Notes under the pieces: generated by a model
Told to the model about the DNA's origin: nothing
Seen by the model: the letters and a program-made list of their open reading frames with translations, nothing else
The model's database searches: none
Made by a program: the position numbers and the translations under genes
In this document: positions 25,076 to 38,237 of the stretch, one piece after another
How positions within the stretch are numbered: the first letter of the stretch is position 1
Layout of the letters: every line of letters starts with the position of its first letter
Assembly: GCF_006345805.1 (NCBI RefSeq)
Contig: NC_043012.1
Span: 40,238,001-40,302,000, forward strand
Length of the DNA: 64,000 bases
Source of the DNA: Octopus sinensis
Taxonomy: Eukaryota
Direction of reading: 5' to 3'

Positions 25076-28000
25076 AGAAGTAAAAGTAAGCTATTGTGGA
25101 TTACCATTTTTATCTCTCAGTATCAACGATTAGTTCACTCCACTTGTTAAAAATTAGTGAGTCATTTAAAAAAAAAAATTACGATTTTTTTTTTCTTTGA
25201 ACATTGGATCTCGAAGCAAATTAAGCTATAATAATATTGTAAATATCTGAATAAAAAATCCTTTGAATATAAAAGTCAAAGGCTGCCGTTGATAATTTTT
25301 AGAAAAGAAATTTAGGAAGAGAAATTTATATCTATTCTGTTAAGAGCCAAATATATATAATAAGATTTAAATATTATTTGTTTCTATCACTCAGGACAGA
25401 CAAGTTATCTTTATACATTCCTCATTCATGTTTATTGACTTTCATTGACGCTGCTATAGTCAATAATTATCCATAAATTTTTATTATTATAATTATATTC
25501 ACATCCCAGAATATCATAGTGTTGACTTCAGCGAGATTTGAACTCTGAACATAATGAGCCATAATGAATACCACAAAAGATTTAGTCCAACGCTTTAACA
25601 ATTCCGTTAATCCATGAAATTCCAGAAATAACAAATCGCACCTTACGTTTTTAAAACAGGAAGGACATATTCAGAATAAACTTGAGAAGCTGAACCTTCC
25701 AGGCAAGTTTAACAAAGGACTGAGAACACCCATGGCCTGCAGCAGAAGTGTTAAGACCATCCTTCTGGGTGGTTCCACATAAAAGCAGCTCACACACTCT
25801 GTAAAGGGGTTGGCATTAGGAATGGCATCCAGCTGTAGAAATCATGCCAAATCAAACTGGAGTCTTGAGCAGCTCTCTGGCCTGCCAGCCCTGGTCACAC
25901 TGTCCAACCCATGCCAGCAGGGACAATGAACATTAAATGATGATGATGATGATGATAGCAGATATATATACGTTTGAGAAAAAGGTGTGATGGTCACCAC
26001 TGGATCAAGGGAAGAAACATTGTGCTGAATTATATTAAATAATTACTCATTATTTAATATATTGTTTAATCAGAGCCCACAGATACGAAAATTATTGTGA
26101 ATACCATTATTTAGCCACTGGGGCCAAGACCAAAGCATTTTTTTTTTCTAATTTTTAAATTTGAGATTTAAAAAAAAAAGAGGGGGGGGCAGTACCAATT
26201 TGTAGCTACTCTCTATTAAGTCTGTCTTTAGGCATGAATCTATGTACATTGTCGTATGCTTCAGTGATTTTTTCCTCCCACCGTTAATTCAGCAAGAACA
26301 TGAAGACTATGTTTTAATTTTACTGATGAGGACATAATAAGATCAAAAATGTTGAGTTGTCTCCCATACTTGCAGTAACAGTAATTTGTCAATGATTAAT
26401 TAGTGTCTTTTGATCACTACAACAGCATCATCACCATCATCATCCTCAATTAATGTCTGTAGGATCTGGTGAACAGCAGGGGTGCGTTGTGCCCCAGTGT
26501 CTGCTTTGGTGTGGTTCCTCTCATTGAATGCCTTTCTAGTGCCAACCACTTTGCAGTGCCTTTTTTCTTGGCACCACCAGCGTTAGTGAGGATACCAACT
26601 TCCAAGACAGGTAAAGAACAAGAAAAGGAAAAAGGGGGAAAAAAGCCCTCTTGTCCCTCCACCAGATAAGTGGTGGTGGGAGCATTTGATGGTGGGGAAG
26701 AAGTGATTTGATGGTAGGGAAAAAAAGATACATGGCTGCCCTGCATTATATAAAGTTGAGCAAGAAGGTAAGATGGTGGTGATGAATACCAGAGCAAAAC
26801 CCTCAAAGAGCACAAAAGGATTCTTCTGATTCTCGTCCTTATCATCATCCGTTTTCCATGCTGGCATGGGTTGGACGGTTTGACAGGAGCTGGCAAGTCA
26901 GAGAGCTGTGCCAGACTCCAATTGTCAGTTTTTGGTTTGGTTTCTGCGGCGGGATGTCGTCCCTAAGGCCAACCACTTTACAGAGTGCACTGGGTGCTTT
27001 TTACATGGTCCCAGCAGAGATGCTTTCCATGTAGCACAAGTGCTTCATATGTGACACTGTCCCATGTGCCCTTTTATGTGGTGCCGACACAGGTGATCTT
27101 TAGCAGCACATTAACTTAATTATTTGAAGGCACACAGCTCAGTAGTTAGAGCGTTGGGCTCACAATCACAACACAGTGAGTTCGATTCCCAGACCTGACT
27201 GTGTGTTGTGTTCTTGAGCAAGACACTTTATTTCACATTGCTTCAGTTCACTCAGCTGTAGAAATGAATTGTGATGTCACTGGTGCCAAGCTGTATCGGC
27301 CCCTTTGCCGTTCCCTTGGATAACACTGGTGGCATGGAGAGGGGAAACTGGTATGCCTGGGTGACCATACACAACATTGCCTAGACTTGTGCCCCAGAAG
27401 GGTAACTTTCCAGCTGCAATCCCAAAGTCATTCCCGACCAAAGTGGGGGTGGGTCTTCACTCTTTTAAACATGGTTTCTCATACAAACATTCAGGAGTGA
27501 ACGTTTACCAGTCAGGTTCACCTTTCTGTCTTCATAGACACTCCAAGACCAGCAACAAACTGATGCTGTTTATAACTGCTGCAGGGAAAGAATTTGTAGA
27601 GGACTAAACTTTTGGAATCAAAAAAGATTAGAGATTAGTATAGGTCAAACTGGGCCTGGTGCAGCCTTCTGGCTTCCCAGACCCCAGTCGAACCGTCCAA
27701 CCCATGCTAGCATGGAAAGCGGACGCTAAACGATGATGATGATGATGGGTTTGTGGTCACAATGGCACAAGACGAGTTGGTGGCACAACATAGAGGTCAT
27801 TGCAGCAGCAATAGAAGAAAACTGAGAGAAGATGCATGTATGGGTGAGAGGCTGGAGTGGGTCAATGGTGGTGTCCTGGCAACAAGTCAGATCTTTGCCC
27901 TTCAACTGATGGAGAAACAAACTAACGAGCAGAAAGAGAAGAAGAAAGGAAGAGCCATAATACAAATTATTTAGTGGCAGACATGAAATTGCATCCATCC

Positions 28001-28716
28001 ATTCCCACCACCATTTAATGATTAGTGTACATAAAATTTTAACAAACTAATTTATTTGTTCATGGTTCCTCAGCCAAAACATCTCTTTCTCTCTCGCCAT
28101 ACATACACATATATAAATATATATTCATAGGTGCAAATATAGCTGTGTAGTAAGATGCTTGCTTCCCATCTACATCGTTCCAGGTCCAGTCCACTGTAGT
28201 GCTTTAGGCAAGCATATATGTGTGTGTTTGTCCTCATCCCCCCCCCCACTCATGTGTGCTCCAACATTTACACGATCCAACAATACAAATCCTGTGAATC
28301 ATGTGCATCTTCTTTCTTATCAGCCTTCCTCATCATTTAACATCCATCTTCCCTGTTGGCATGGGTTGGACGGTTTGACAGTTGGCCAGGCCAGAGAACT
28401 GCACCAAACCCCACTGTCCGTTTTGGCAGGGTTGTTATAGCTGGATGCTGTTGGCATTTAGGAAGTGCATCCAGCCGTAAAAACCAGGCTGGACAGCTCC
28501 CTGCTCGCCTCCTCCATACCAGCATGGAAAGCAGACATTAACCAGTGATGATGATGATGATGATGATGCATTTCCAAATACCAACCCTGTCACAGAGTGG
28601 ACAGGTGCCTTTTATGAGGCACCAGCACTGGCAAGCTCTGTTCATAAAACCTGACAAGACACAGTATAAATTTCAATAAATATTTATTTACAAAAGCAGT
28701 CATTTATATCATTTAT

Positions 28717-28850
28717 TTATCTAAAAAAAGCACTTTTCTTAAATTTCGTTGTCGGTACAATGCCTTGATGTTTCAGTCTGCGGACTGCCTCACGCAAATG
28801 TTTTGGCTGGAGTGGTCCACTCTCACCCCACTGTTCAAGCACATCCAGGG
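28717..28850 (-). CDS. TAF11: TAF11 last coding exon ([43 protein letters not shown])
   Basis: Acceptor TTCTTCAG; stop TAA at 28719-28717; AATAAA hexamers immediately downstream. Confidence 0.96.
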
Positions 28851-30013
28851 CTGAAGAATACAAAAACAAAACAAAGAAATTATTTTAAAAATAAAAGACC
28901 AAAAATATTTATTGTTTCCAAGGTAACAAATATGAAAGGGAGACAACTAACTCCATTTATTTACATGAATGTCGAGTCAGTGTACAGGATGGAATGTGAG
29001 CCTAACGAAAATCACCCTTAGATGCCAAACATGAAATCCAAAGAATAATTAAGATTTAAAGCATCACCAATGGCAACGGAGAACAGAATAAAACACTCAC
29101 ATCGCTCCAATGGTTCTGTCACTATGTATTTTCAACTGCAACTAAGCACATCGTCATCATCATCATCATCATCCAACATCCGTTGTCCCATGCTGGCATG
29201 GGTTGGACGGTTTGACTGGGCTGGTAAGCTGGAAGGCTGCACCAGACTCCAGTCTGATTTGGTACAGTTTTCTATGGCCGGATGCCCTTCCTAACGCCAA
29301 CCACTTCAAGAGTGTAATGGGTGTGTTTATATGCCACCAGCATGGCTGCCATTTGTACGACATCAGGGTGTGCCACCGGCATGGGTGCCAATTTGCGTGA
29401 CACTGGTATCTGCCACGGCTGCAATTTTGCTCAGCTTGATGGGTCTTCTTCTCAAGCATAACATAATGCCAAAGGTCTTGGTCATAGCCTCCTTGAGGCC
29501 CAACGCTTGAAAGGAATTCAGCCATATTGCTTCCCTGAGGCCCAAAGCTCGAAAGGAACATCCTGCACTCTGGATGATGAGAGTAACAAACGACTGGTTA
29601 TGCAATTTGATGGGGAACAAATATCAAATGTTGCTTTTTTTTTTTTGTTTGAAAGCACCAGTCTATCAGTTTTCTCAATGAATGCTAAGATCTTACTCTG
29701 ATATAAATCACGAAAGACATAGATGAGTAAATGTAATGGTAAGCAAGTTAGGCAGATCGACTTACACAGAATATTAAATACATTTAATAGAAAAAATATG
29801 CATGTGTTTGGATATAAAATAGTATTGTGTGTATATATATATAGACATATATATATATAAAACGATTATAGCAGTGACTCGATCAATTCCTAGCAATATC
29901 TGAAGAAGGAATTCTTATATTCCAAAATATTATATCAGTCTATGAACAATTAAATTATAACAGTTATTATAGTCCACTCTGCATAGTTGTGCCATTCAAG
30001 ACATGTTATATTT

Positions 30014-30051
<38 letters not shown>

Positions 30052-32663
30052 CACACTTACACAGTTATATGATGATGATATACATGTGTATATAAATATA
30101 TATATATATCATCATCATCATCATCAAAACAGACGCTAAACGATGATGATGATGATATATATATATATATATATATACATGTATATCATCATCATATAAC
30201 TGTGTAAGTGTGTATATATATATATATATCACACTTGCTTTACATCTGTTTTTCTATGACAGCATGAGTTAGATGAATACGTTATTGAGACATTGGTTTA
30301 CAGCTAAATGCCTGAACTGTTGCTAACCCTTTCCTGTTACACGAGTGAGGGAGATTCCTTTCCACTTTCCCTTTGAAAGAACAGAGCCAGTGAATGATTT
30401 GTTGACAGGGAAATGACAACAAGCGTCACTAATATCCATAGCTGAGTCCAGTAAAGAATCTAAACTTTCACACAGATATATATACAGTTGTGGCCAAAAG
30501 TTTGGAACATAGGTTTGTAAAAACCGAATTTTTATATCAAATGTCCAAAATCATATTTAATTTGCAAAATTTTGGAACAAAATAGATTGGAAAATTAGAA
30601 TCTAACCATCAGTTATTAGATAAATAGATCTCTACGTTGTATATATTTGAATCGAATTTTACTCGGGCATAACAATTTTTATTTTTAAAAAATCTTCTAA
30701 ACTTTTGGCCATGACTGTACTTGTATACACTCAATCATAAGTGAGTGTATGTACACACACACGCGACAGGCTTTGTACAATTTCTGTTTACCAAAATTCC
30801 TTCACAAGGCATTGTTCAGCTCAGGACGATAGTGGACGTCACTTGCCTAAGGTGTTGCAAAACAGACTTGTTGACCACACAGTTATGTCTGATCTTCTAC
30901 AGATCCCAAACAGTGGGACTGAACCTGGAATCGCGTGGTTACAAGGTAAATTCCTAATGAATACAGCCATGCCTGCACCAAACCTCAGAGAGAGAGAGAG
31001 AGAGAGGTGAAAGATCATAAGAAAGATTTGAATGGAAGCTTTTAATGCTGCTCACAAGGCCCTGGTCTCAACCAGAACAGTTTAGTGCAGCCCTTCAACC
31101 CCACAGTCCTTGTACCTCAAAATAATTTTCATCCTCGATAAAAGGATGATTAAACGTCAGTCTCCAGTGCATAAAACAAAAGATAATTTTTTACAACGAC
31201 TTTAAAAAATTAATATTCATCTCGAAATAGAACAGAATAAAAGTATGGCAGAGTTGTGTCCCTTGCAATACAAAAATGGCATCTGACATTTAAACCGAAC
31301 TCGGGTCATGTCATCCTCATTGTCGTTGGTTTACGTTCGTTTTTCCACGCTAGCTTCGGATGGATGGCTTGTCTGGGGCAGTGTTTCATAGCTGGATTCC
31401 TTTCCGGTTGCTCAGCTTTTTAATCCCTTCTTCAAACATGCAGAGGTCGCGGTGTCCCATGGTAACCAGGAACACACCACATTCAGATATTCCCCCAAAA
31501 CAAACAATTATAGCCAAGGGTTATTCCAGTCACAACAATCATATCTTGTTCTTTCAGACATAGCATACCTAGGACTACATCATTCAATGTTTCCTTCACT
31601 CTTTTTAAAACTGATATGGTGTAATTTAAAAACAGGTGTGGCAGCTAATTTGAGCACATGTAGCATCGTCATAAAAACTCCCTTATTGTCTTTAGGTAAT
31701 TGTACTGACAAGTTTACAGGTCTTAACCCAAATCCAACTTTATTCAACTTGTCTTGAGAATGACAAACTATTTTGGTGAATTAAGGTGCTGGTGCCACAT
31801 AAAAAGCACTCTGTAAAGTGGTTGGCATTAAGAAGGGTATCCAGCTGTAGAAACCTTGCCGAAACAGACAACTGAGGTCTGGTGCAGCCCTCTGGCTTCC
31901 CAGCTACTGCCAAACCGTCCAACCCATGCCAGCATGGGAAATGATGATGATGATCTCAGAATACATATTGTTTTCTCTAGCATACAGGTCAAACTTTTCT
32001 AATCAAAATATTTACAGCCAAAAAAGGTGGGTTGATTTATACACAAATACTATTTTAGAGGACCAAAAATTCCCTGCGAAATGCAACAATATTTGGAAAG
32101 ATAAGGACAATGTTTGAAGGTTTACACAACATGTATGCACTGTATATTATTTTGAATAATATGCTGGAAAATAGAGCAAATGTTTGTTAGTGTAAGGACC
32201 ATCACTCTAAGGTTGACAAAGATGAAATGGAAGGAGTTGAGATTCCAACATAAAAGGCAGAATGGTAGGGACGGAACATAGAAACAAAGAAATCTTGGCA
32301 TTCCACAGACCTTCTTCAACAACTTCTCCAACAAAAACTTTAGCTATGCCAGACATTGCTATGACAACATTCTGCGAAATAGAGGATCCTGTGATGGACT
32401 GCATTAACTGCGGAAAAGAGAAAGTACAAAACAATATTGAAAACATATATAAACATCATTTGAAATTATAAATATTAAAAAATATGTGTATAGAACTTTT
32501 TTTTTTTTGGAACGGAAATTGAGTTTCACGTTGCCATCTTCAGGTGTAAAATTTGAGTCACAAGACAAAATCAGTTTCAGTTTTAGTAAAAGAAAACCAT
32601 ATCCTTTACAACAAATATACTGAATAGTTCTTTCTCATTCTCATTCATTAGACATGAAACAAT

Positions 32664-32735
<72 letters not shown>

Positions 32736-32988
32736 CATATATATTTATACATACACACACACATATATTTATACTGAGTCTGCTGAGATGATTCAAAAAC
32801 ACGAAACATAATAACCTAATAGCATATCTTTTCAACCCCTCTGATGAGATTCTGCCTACTATAATGATTTAATTATTGTAATTTAATATTTTAGGCTAAA
32901 TTGAAACAGCTGTAAGAGTATATGTTAGATTTTTGCAGATTTTTCTAAATTTTCTTATATATACATATATGGATGGATGGATTACTTT

Positions 32989-33049
<61 letters not shown>

Positions 33050-34214
33050 GGATGGATGGGCAGACCAGACAGATAGATAGCTAGTCACACACACAAATAT
33101 ATATTTAGAGAGAGAGAGATACATACATACGTGTTTACCAACATGAGCTGTCAACTGCAAGGCACACAGATCATAACACAAAGATTTGTCAATACCACTC
33201 CCTCTAGTTGTATCCAACCAAAACCATCAGAGAATACCAAGTCTTTTTGGCCCACATCTTACACATTTTTTATCTCCTGTCATCCAGGCAGACTCCACAC
33301 CAACCAGGATTAACTAAATCCACCCACAGGTTATTTTGTCTCATTTACTGAAGATTTATGTTTTGGGGGACTTTCTCTCTCACACTTTTGAACCAATCTT
33401 TGCTTCTCTTCAGTTTGTAAACCACTGGTCTGCTGTTCCTTCCAAGTTCAACACCAGTCAGCCATGACATTGTGGGTCTCACTAACAAACCATGAAATTC
33501 CATCTCTACTGGAACTCAATGCACTGCCATCATTATGTAGCTGAAGAAACAGAAGCTGCCATCATTGCAGTTGATGGAAAAGAGCTGCTAAAAAATGCAT
33601 TCTCTAATAACAGAATGTATCAAAACTGCAGCAACAACTGCATGTTATAGAATGCACTCAAGCTCTGGTGCAATGCAAGCTATGCAGTCCTTATGCTATG
33701 AAAGACATCTTTGTACATCGTTCAGTATCATCACACTGCTACAAGATATCCCCATGTCTAATGCCAAGACACACATTTGGCCATTATAATATATGCAACA
33801 GACCAAGGTTGATCCAGAGGTTACACAACCACTGAAATAGTGTTCAAAAAACTACAGTACAAGACTCACTCTTTTGATGGCAGCTTTGGGGAAAGCTGCT
33901 CTCCTGTACATCTCATAACGGTTCAATTGTTCCTCAGAGAAATTGGACACAAGAACTCTGAAGAAGAAGAAGAAGAAGAACAAACAAGTAAAATCATTAA
34001 AATTATTTTGTTATTTCTGTTGAAATAACACTGCTTTTTTTTTTTAAATTGATTTTGAAAATAAAAAAAATTATAAAATAACTCTGAAATTATTCAGCTG
34101 AGGTTTAGGACATGCAAGTGGCTTCTACTATAGCCTTGGGCTGACCAAAGCCTAGTGAGTGGATTTGGTAGAGGGATACTGAAAGAAGCCTGTCGTATAT
34201 ATATGTGTGTGCAT

Positions 34215-34252
<38 letters not shown>

Positions 34253-37008
34253 GTGCATCTGTGTTTGTCCCCCTACCATCACTTGACAACCAATGTTGGT
34301 GTGTTTACATTCCCATTATTTAACGGTTTGGCAAAACAGACCAATAGAATAAGTCCTGGGGTCGATTTGTTCGACTAGAGGCAGTGCTCCAGCATGACCA
34401 GGTTGGTATCTAAAGGGTTAAATGCAGAATATTTATGCGTTGCATGTATTTATCAGAGAGTTTGTTTGTGTATTTGCATTTCATGTATATATGTGTGTGC
34501 TTGTATGTGTACTGATGTGTGTGTATTTGCGTTATATGTATTTATGTGTGTGTTGTGTGTTTTTCAATGCTCTGAACGACCCTGCAAGCCCACCATTTAT
34601 AATAATAAAAATTGTTTCAAATTTTGGCCCAAGGCCAGATATTTCAAGGGGTCAAGCTTAGTCGATTATATTGATACCCAGAAGGATGAAAAGTAAAGGT
34701 TGAACTTGGCGGGATTTGAACTCAGAATGTAAAGGGTCAGAAGAAACACCATTAATCCTTTAGTATTTAAACCAGGAATATCCGGCCCAAATATTTAAAC
34801 TGTTTTTTGTTCAAACTAAACTGGTCGGATCCGGCCTCTCACACCTACCCTACAATGTCATTCTAAAAACAATCGAAGTGACAAGATAATGCACGATTAA
34901 TTCAAAACAATCATCATCATCATCATCGTTTAATGTCCGTTTTCCATGCTGGCATGGGTTGGACAGTTTGACTGTGGTCTGGAGAGCCAGCGGCTGCACC
35001 AGGCTCTAATCTGATCTGGCAATGTTTCTACAGCTGGAAGCCCTTCCAAATGTCAACCCCTCCCTCAGTGTAGTGGGTGCTTTTTACGTGCCACCGGCAC
35101 AGGAGCCAGACAGGCAGGCCTGGCATCGATCATGTTCAGTGAATAAATAAGCATTAGATTTGACAGAGTAATCTGGATGTTAACCCTTTCGTTACCGTAT
35201 TTATTTTGAGATGCTCTGTGTTTCTTTCAATTAATTTTAAATATAATAAAGAATTTAGTAAATAACTTTGTTATCATTAACTAGTGTTAGGAACATAAAT
35301 TGTGGCCCTTCAGTGAGGCCCAACATCTGAAGTTCCTTTCTCACCATTTATTCTACGTCTTCCTCTTCCACAGGTCAGTTAAATTTTCTCAAAAGACATT
35401 TTAAACCTGCTGTGGTTAATTACATTTTGTTCTCTCTCCATTGTCAAGCTTATGCCAGCAGGAGGTGTCTTGTAGTTACCCCAATAGAAGTGAGCAAGGT
35501 GAGCTGTTCCTCTGCCCTATTGGTGCTATGCAGCAGGCCTGAGATTTGAACATCAATGCCTTACAGCATTTACATACTCCTTGTTATGTTCTGAGTTCAA
35601 ATCCAGTTGAAGTGAACTCCACTTTTTGCTCATTCCAGGTGCATAAAATAAAGTATTAATCAAGTATTGAGGCCCAGTTAATATTGGTTTCAAATAATGG
35701 CACAAGGCCAGCAATTTCATGGTAGTGGGTAAGTTGATTACATCGACCCCAGTACTCAATTTTATTGACCCCGAAATGAAGAGAGGCAAAGTCGACCTCG
35801 GTGGAGTTTGCTTGTAGCAGGAAATGCCGCCAAGCATTATGTCAGTTTTGCTAACGATTCTGCCAACTCACAGCGTTAAGGCTCAGTTAAAATTTCTGCA
35901 AAACATCCTAGACGTGAATGGTATTATAAAGGAAATTAAGTACCAGTTACGCACTGGGGTCGATGTAATCGACTTAATACCTATGTCTGTCCTTGTTTGT
36001 CCCCTCTATGTTTAGCCCCTTGTGGGTAATAAAGAAATAGGTATTATAAAGGAAAATTAAGACAAAGATCTTGGAGCAAAACAGCAACAACAGTATGTAA
36101 GATGGTGACCACCCTATTTCAAAAACTGGTTCTGCAACCCAAAAGTGAATTCTTCCTCCAAGGAATCGTTATACTCACTGCATCTTTAACCGTTCTTCGT
36201 GTTTCTCCTTTTTCTGCTTCGCCAATGTGGCATCTCCCTCGTCGGCATTTTCGAGTTTGTGTTTTTCATCGGACGACGTTGGTTTCGCATCGGTTTTGTC
36301 TTCATTGCTTGATGTGGCACCATCCTTCGACGTTGAAGCGGCACAGTTGGCATCGGAACTACCAGACTGGCTCGAAGAACTTTTCTCCGGGACGCTACTA
36401 CTGTCTGTTGTCTTCTTCGAATCATTATTGGTATTATTGCTGTTGTTGTTGTTGCTGGTGGTGGCGGTGGTCGTGGTCGTGGTGGTGGTGGTGGTGGCGG
36501 CGGCTGTGGTGGTGGTGGTGGTAGTGCTGTTGCTACTGCTATCTTTGTTATCACTTTTAGATGAAGAGGAATCGGTGGTCTTTGGCAAAATCTCATCTGG
36601 AGTGACGCTGGGTAGAATTGGGACACAGGGAAAATCAGTCGAGAATGGAGACGAAAGAAAATCCGGCGGTTTGTGAGGTAAAATATCGTCGTCATTGGTA
36701 CCAAAGGATGTGTCGCTCTTCTTGTTGTCGTTAGTGTTATTGTTGGTGTTGTTGTTATCGTCGTCTTTCTTGCCAATAGTGAAAGTAGATTCTAGTTTCG
36801 TTTCTCCCGCGCCGGTCGACGTTCGAGTCTCGCCAACGTCTGCCAGTCTGTTTTCATTCTCTGAAGATAATTCTTGGGTAAGGCTGTGAATATCGCCCTC
36901 GTCTGCTACCACAGAACTAATTTTTGGTTCGCATACTTCTTCCATGCTACTGTCTAAACCTAAATCTTCAATCAAAGACTTACACACGTTAGAACGATTC
37001 GGGTCCAT
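28717..37008 (-). CDS. TAF11: TFIID subunit 11, complete 4-exon CDS: join(complement 37008-36179, 33957-33870, 32407-32311, 28850-28717); 1149 nt, 382 aa
   Basis: The spliced product reads [95 protein letters not shown], the TAF11 histone fold. Introns are GT-AG and phases 2,0,1 are consistent. Confidence 0.97.
29155..29585 (-). mobile_element. Abundant retroposon 3' end with a (GAT)n tail. Other copies near 4670-5060, 12095-12270, 13550-13790, 18540-18725, 25740-25955, 26830-27090, 27640-27745, 28320-28570, 31780-31955, 34910-35130, 62345-62580
   Basis: Shared core TTTCCATGCTGGCATGGGTTGGACGGTTTGAC...GGATGCCCTTCCTAACGCCAACCAC next to (CAT)n; this copy extends into an RTE-like [15 protein letters not shown] remnant. 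Confidence 0.7.
30485..30717. mobile_element. Tc1-like MITE
   Basis: TA-CAGTTGTGGCCAAAAGTTT ... AAACTTTTGGCCATGACTG-TA. Confidence 0.8.
32311..32407 (-). CDS. TAF11: TAF11 coding exon 3 ([32 protein letters not shown])
   Basis: Acceptor TTTTCCGCAG; weak donor GTCTGT. Confidence 0.95.
32837..32918 (+). ncRNA. Candidate minimal type I hammerhead ribozyme with extended stem II
   Basis: CTGATGA 32841-32847; stem II GATT..GCCTA/TAGGC..AATT; GAAA 32903-32906; palindrome ACAGCTGT; cleavage triplet GTA; short stem I CCCT/AGAG with one mismatch. Confidence 0.55.
33870..33957 (-). CDS. TAF11: TAF11 coding exon 2 ([29 protein letters not shown])
   Basis: (CTT)n-CAG acceptor, donor GTGAGT. Confidence 0.96.
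36179..37008 (-). CDS. TAF11: TAF11 coding exon 1 (830 nt, low-complexity Ser/Thr/Asn/Asp-rich N-terminus)
   Basis: Open 277-codon frame whose apparent stop overlaps the donor GTGAGT at 36178; joins exon 2 in frame. Confidence 0.9.
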
Positions 37009-37581
37009 TGCTTGTTGATGGTTTGACGACCAACGAACTGCACCATGGGAAATCTTTAATATAATTGTTTGTGTAAATATAGATTAATATTATTTTTTAT
37101 TTTCATTGTATTTATTTAATACTATATCATTCGGAGGTGTATCAAAATATTTTTTACAGGTTATTGATCACTGAAATTATTTGTTCTCCGAGTTAATTTT
37201 TGGCGTACATATCACTCGTCAATTTCCGAGATAGCTTCGCAAACGACGGGAATTTTGTTAAATTTCTTCCAACCACTTGAAGTTTTCGAAAGTTTCACCA
37301 AATTATTTTCAAAAATGTATCTCTGATGTAGTTTTGCCTGCTGATGACGAAAATTGCATTCATTTTTTTTTTTTTTATCTAGAAATAATATAAAAGAAGT
37401 TATTTTTTATTAAAATTATGTCATTTTAGCCAGTCGGTAAGTTATATGTTGCCAAACATACCGAAAATGGTATATTCGGCATAAAATGGTATGTTCCTTT
37501 TTCCTAACGTTTAAAAGGAGAAATAAAATCAAATGCTGCTTTTGAAGGGCACTCAGTCCTCATTGAACTTATAGACAAAGG

Positions 37582-37802
37582 CCGGAAGTGTCCGAGAAGA
37601 ACCCCACCCATAATTTTTCTTTTCCATTTTTTGTTTAATTTCTTCAGATTCTACCTTTTTACTAACAAAGCAATGAATTTTGACAAAAAACAAACTTTTT
37701 AAGATTTCGATTTATTTTTTAAGTTGCTATTTCTCGTTTTCCGGAATACTGGCGCAAACTTTCCGGACGTTTTAAACTCTTGCCTTTTCATTTGCGCATG
37801 CG
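37582..37802 (-). promoter_or_regulatory. Candidate TAF11 promoter region with ETS and NRF1-type motifs
   Basis: CCGGAAGTG at 37582-37590 and TGCGCATGCG at 37793-37802, in a CpG-enriched patch about 0.6-0.8 kb upstream of the ATG. Confidence 0.45.
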
Positions 37803-37942
37803 TAGAGATATGCTGCAAAACGAAGAGCAGACGACACAAGGTGGAGGCGTGAGAGACTCCACCAGGTGGCCGTTCGACATGCTAGAAATAACAGCAAAAT
37901 CTCCTTCGACTTTCAAACCTTAAACAGTGAAAGACACTTTGG

Positions 37943-38156
37943 GGATCTTTTCGGTTTGAACGGCAGATTTTAAAAATAAGTTATTTGTAACTAAACACTT
38001 TTAAACTTCGTAAACTGGTAGAAAGTGTTTATAAAACATCTAAAGCCAAGAGAAAAAGATGTCTTATAAACACATTCTACCAGTATACAAAGTTTAAAAG
38101 TATTTTAGTTAGGTGGAAATTATTTTAAAAATCTGCCGGTCAAAGCGAAAAGATCC
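37943..38156. mobile_element. Palindromic MITE (two about 100-bp arms) of the GGATCTTTTCGGTTTGAACGGCAG family
   Basis: The left arm is the reverse complement of the right arm around a short spacer. Confidence 0.8.
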
Positions 38157-38237
38157 AAAGTGTGAAGATTAGGATTTTGATATTTAAAAAAAAAACCCCA
38201 CAAAATCGTTCATTATGCACGTTAATAGAATAACTCT

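Noticed and set aside
36186-36889. Overlapping ORFs in other frames and on the opposite strand of TAF11 exon 1
   Set aside because: Explained by trinucleotide repeats; only one frame splices into the TAF11 histone fold
37859-37870. CTCF-like motif CCACCAGGTGGC near the TAF11 promoter
   Set aside because: Lies at the head of a dispersed repeat (CTAGAAATAACAGC family, also near 11845, 42480 and 49265); no evidence of binding
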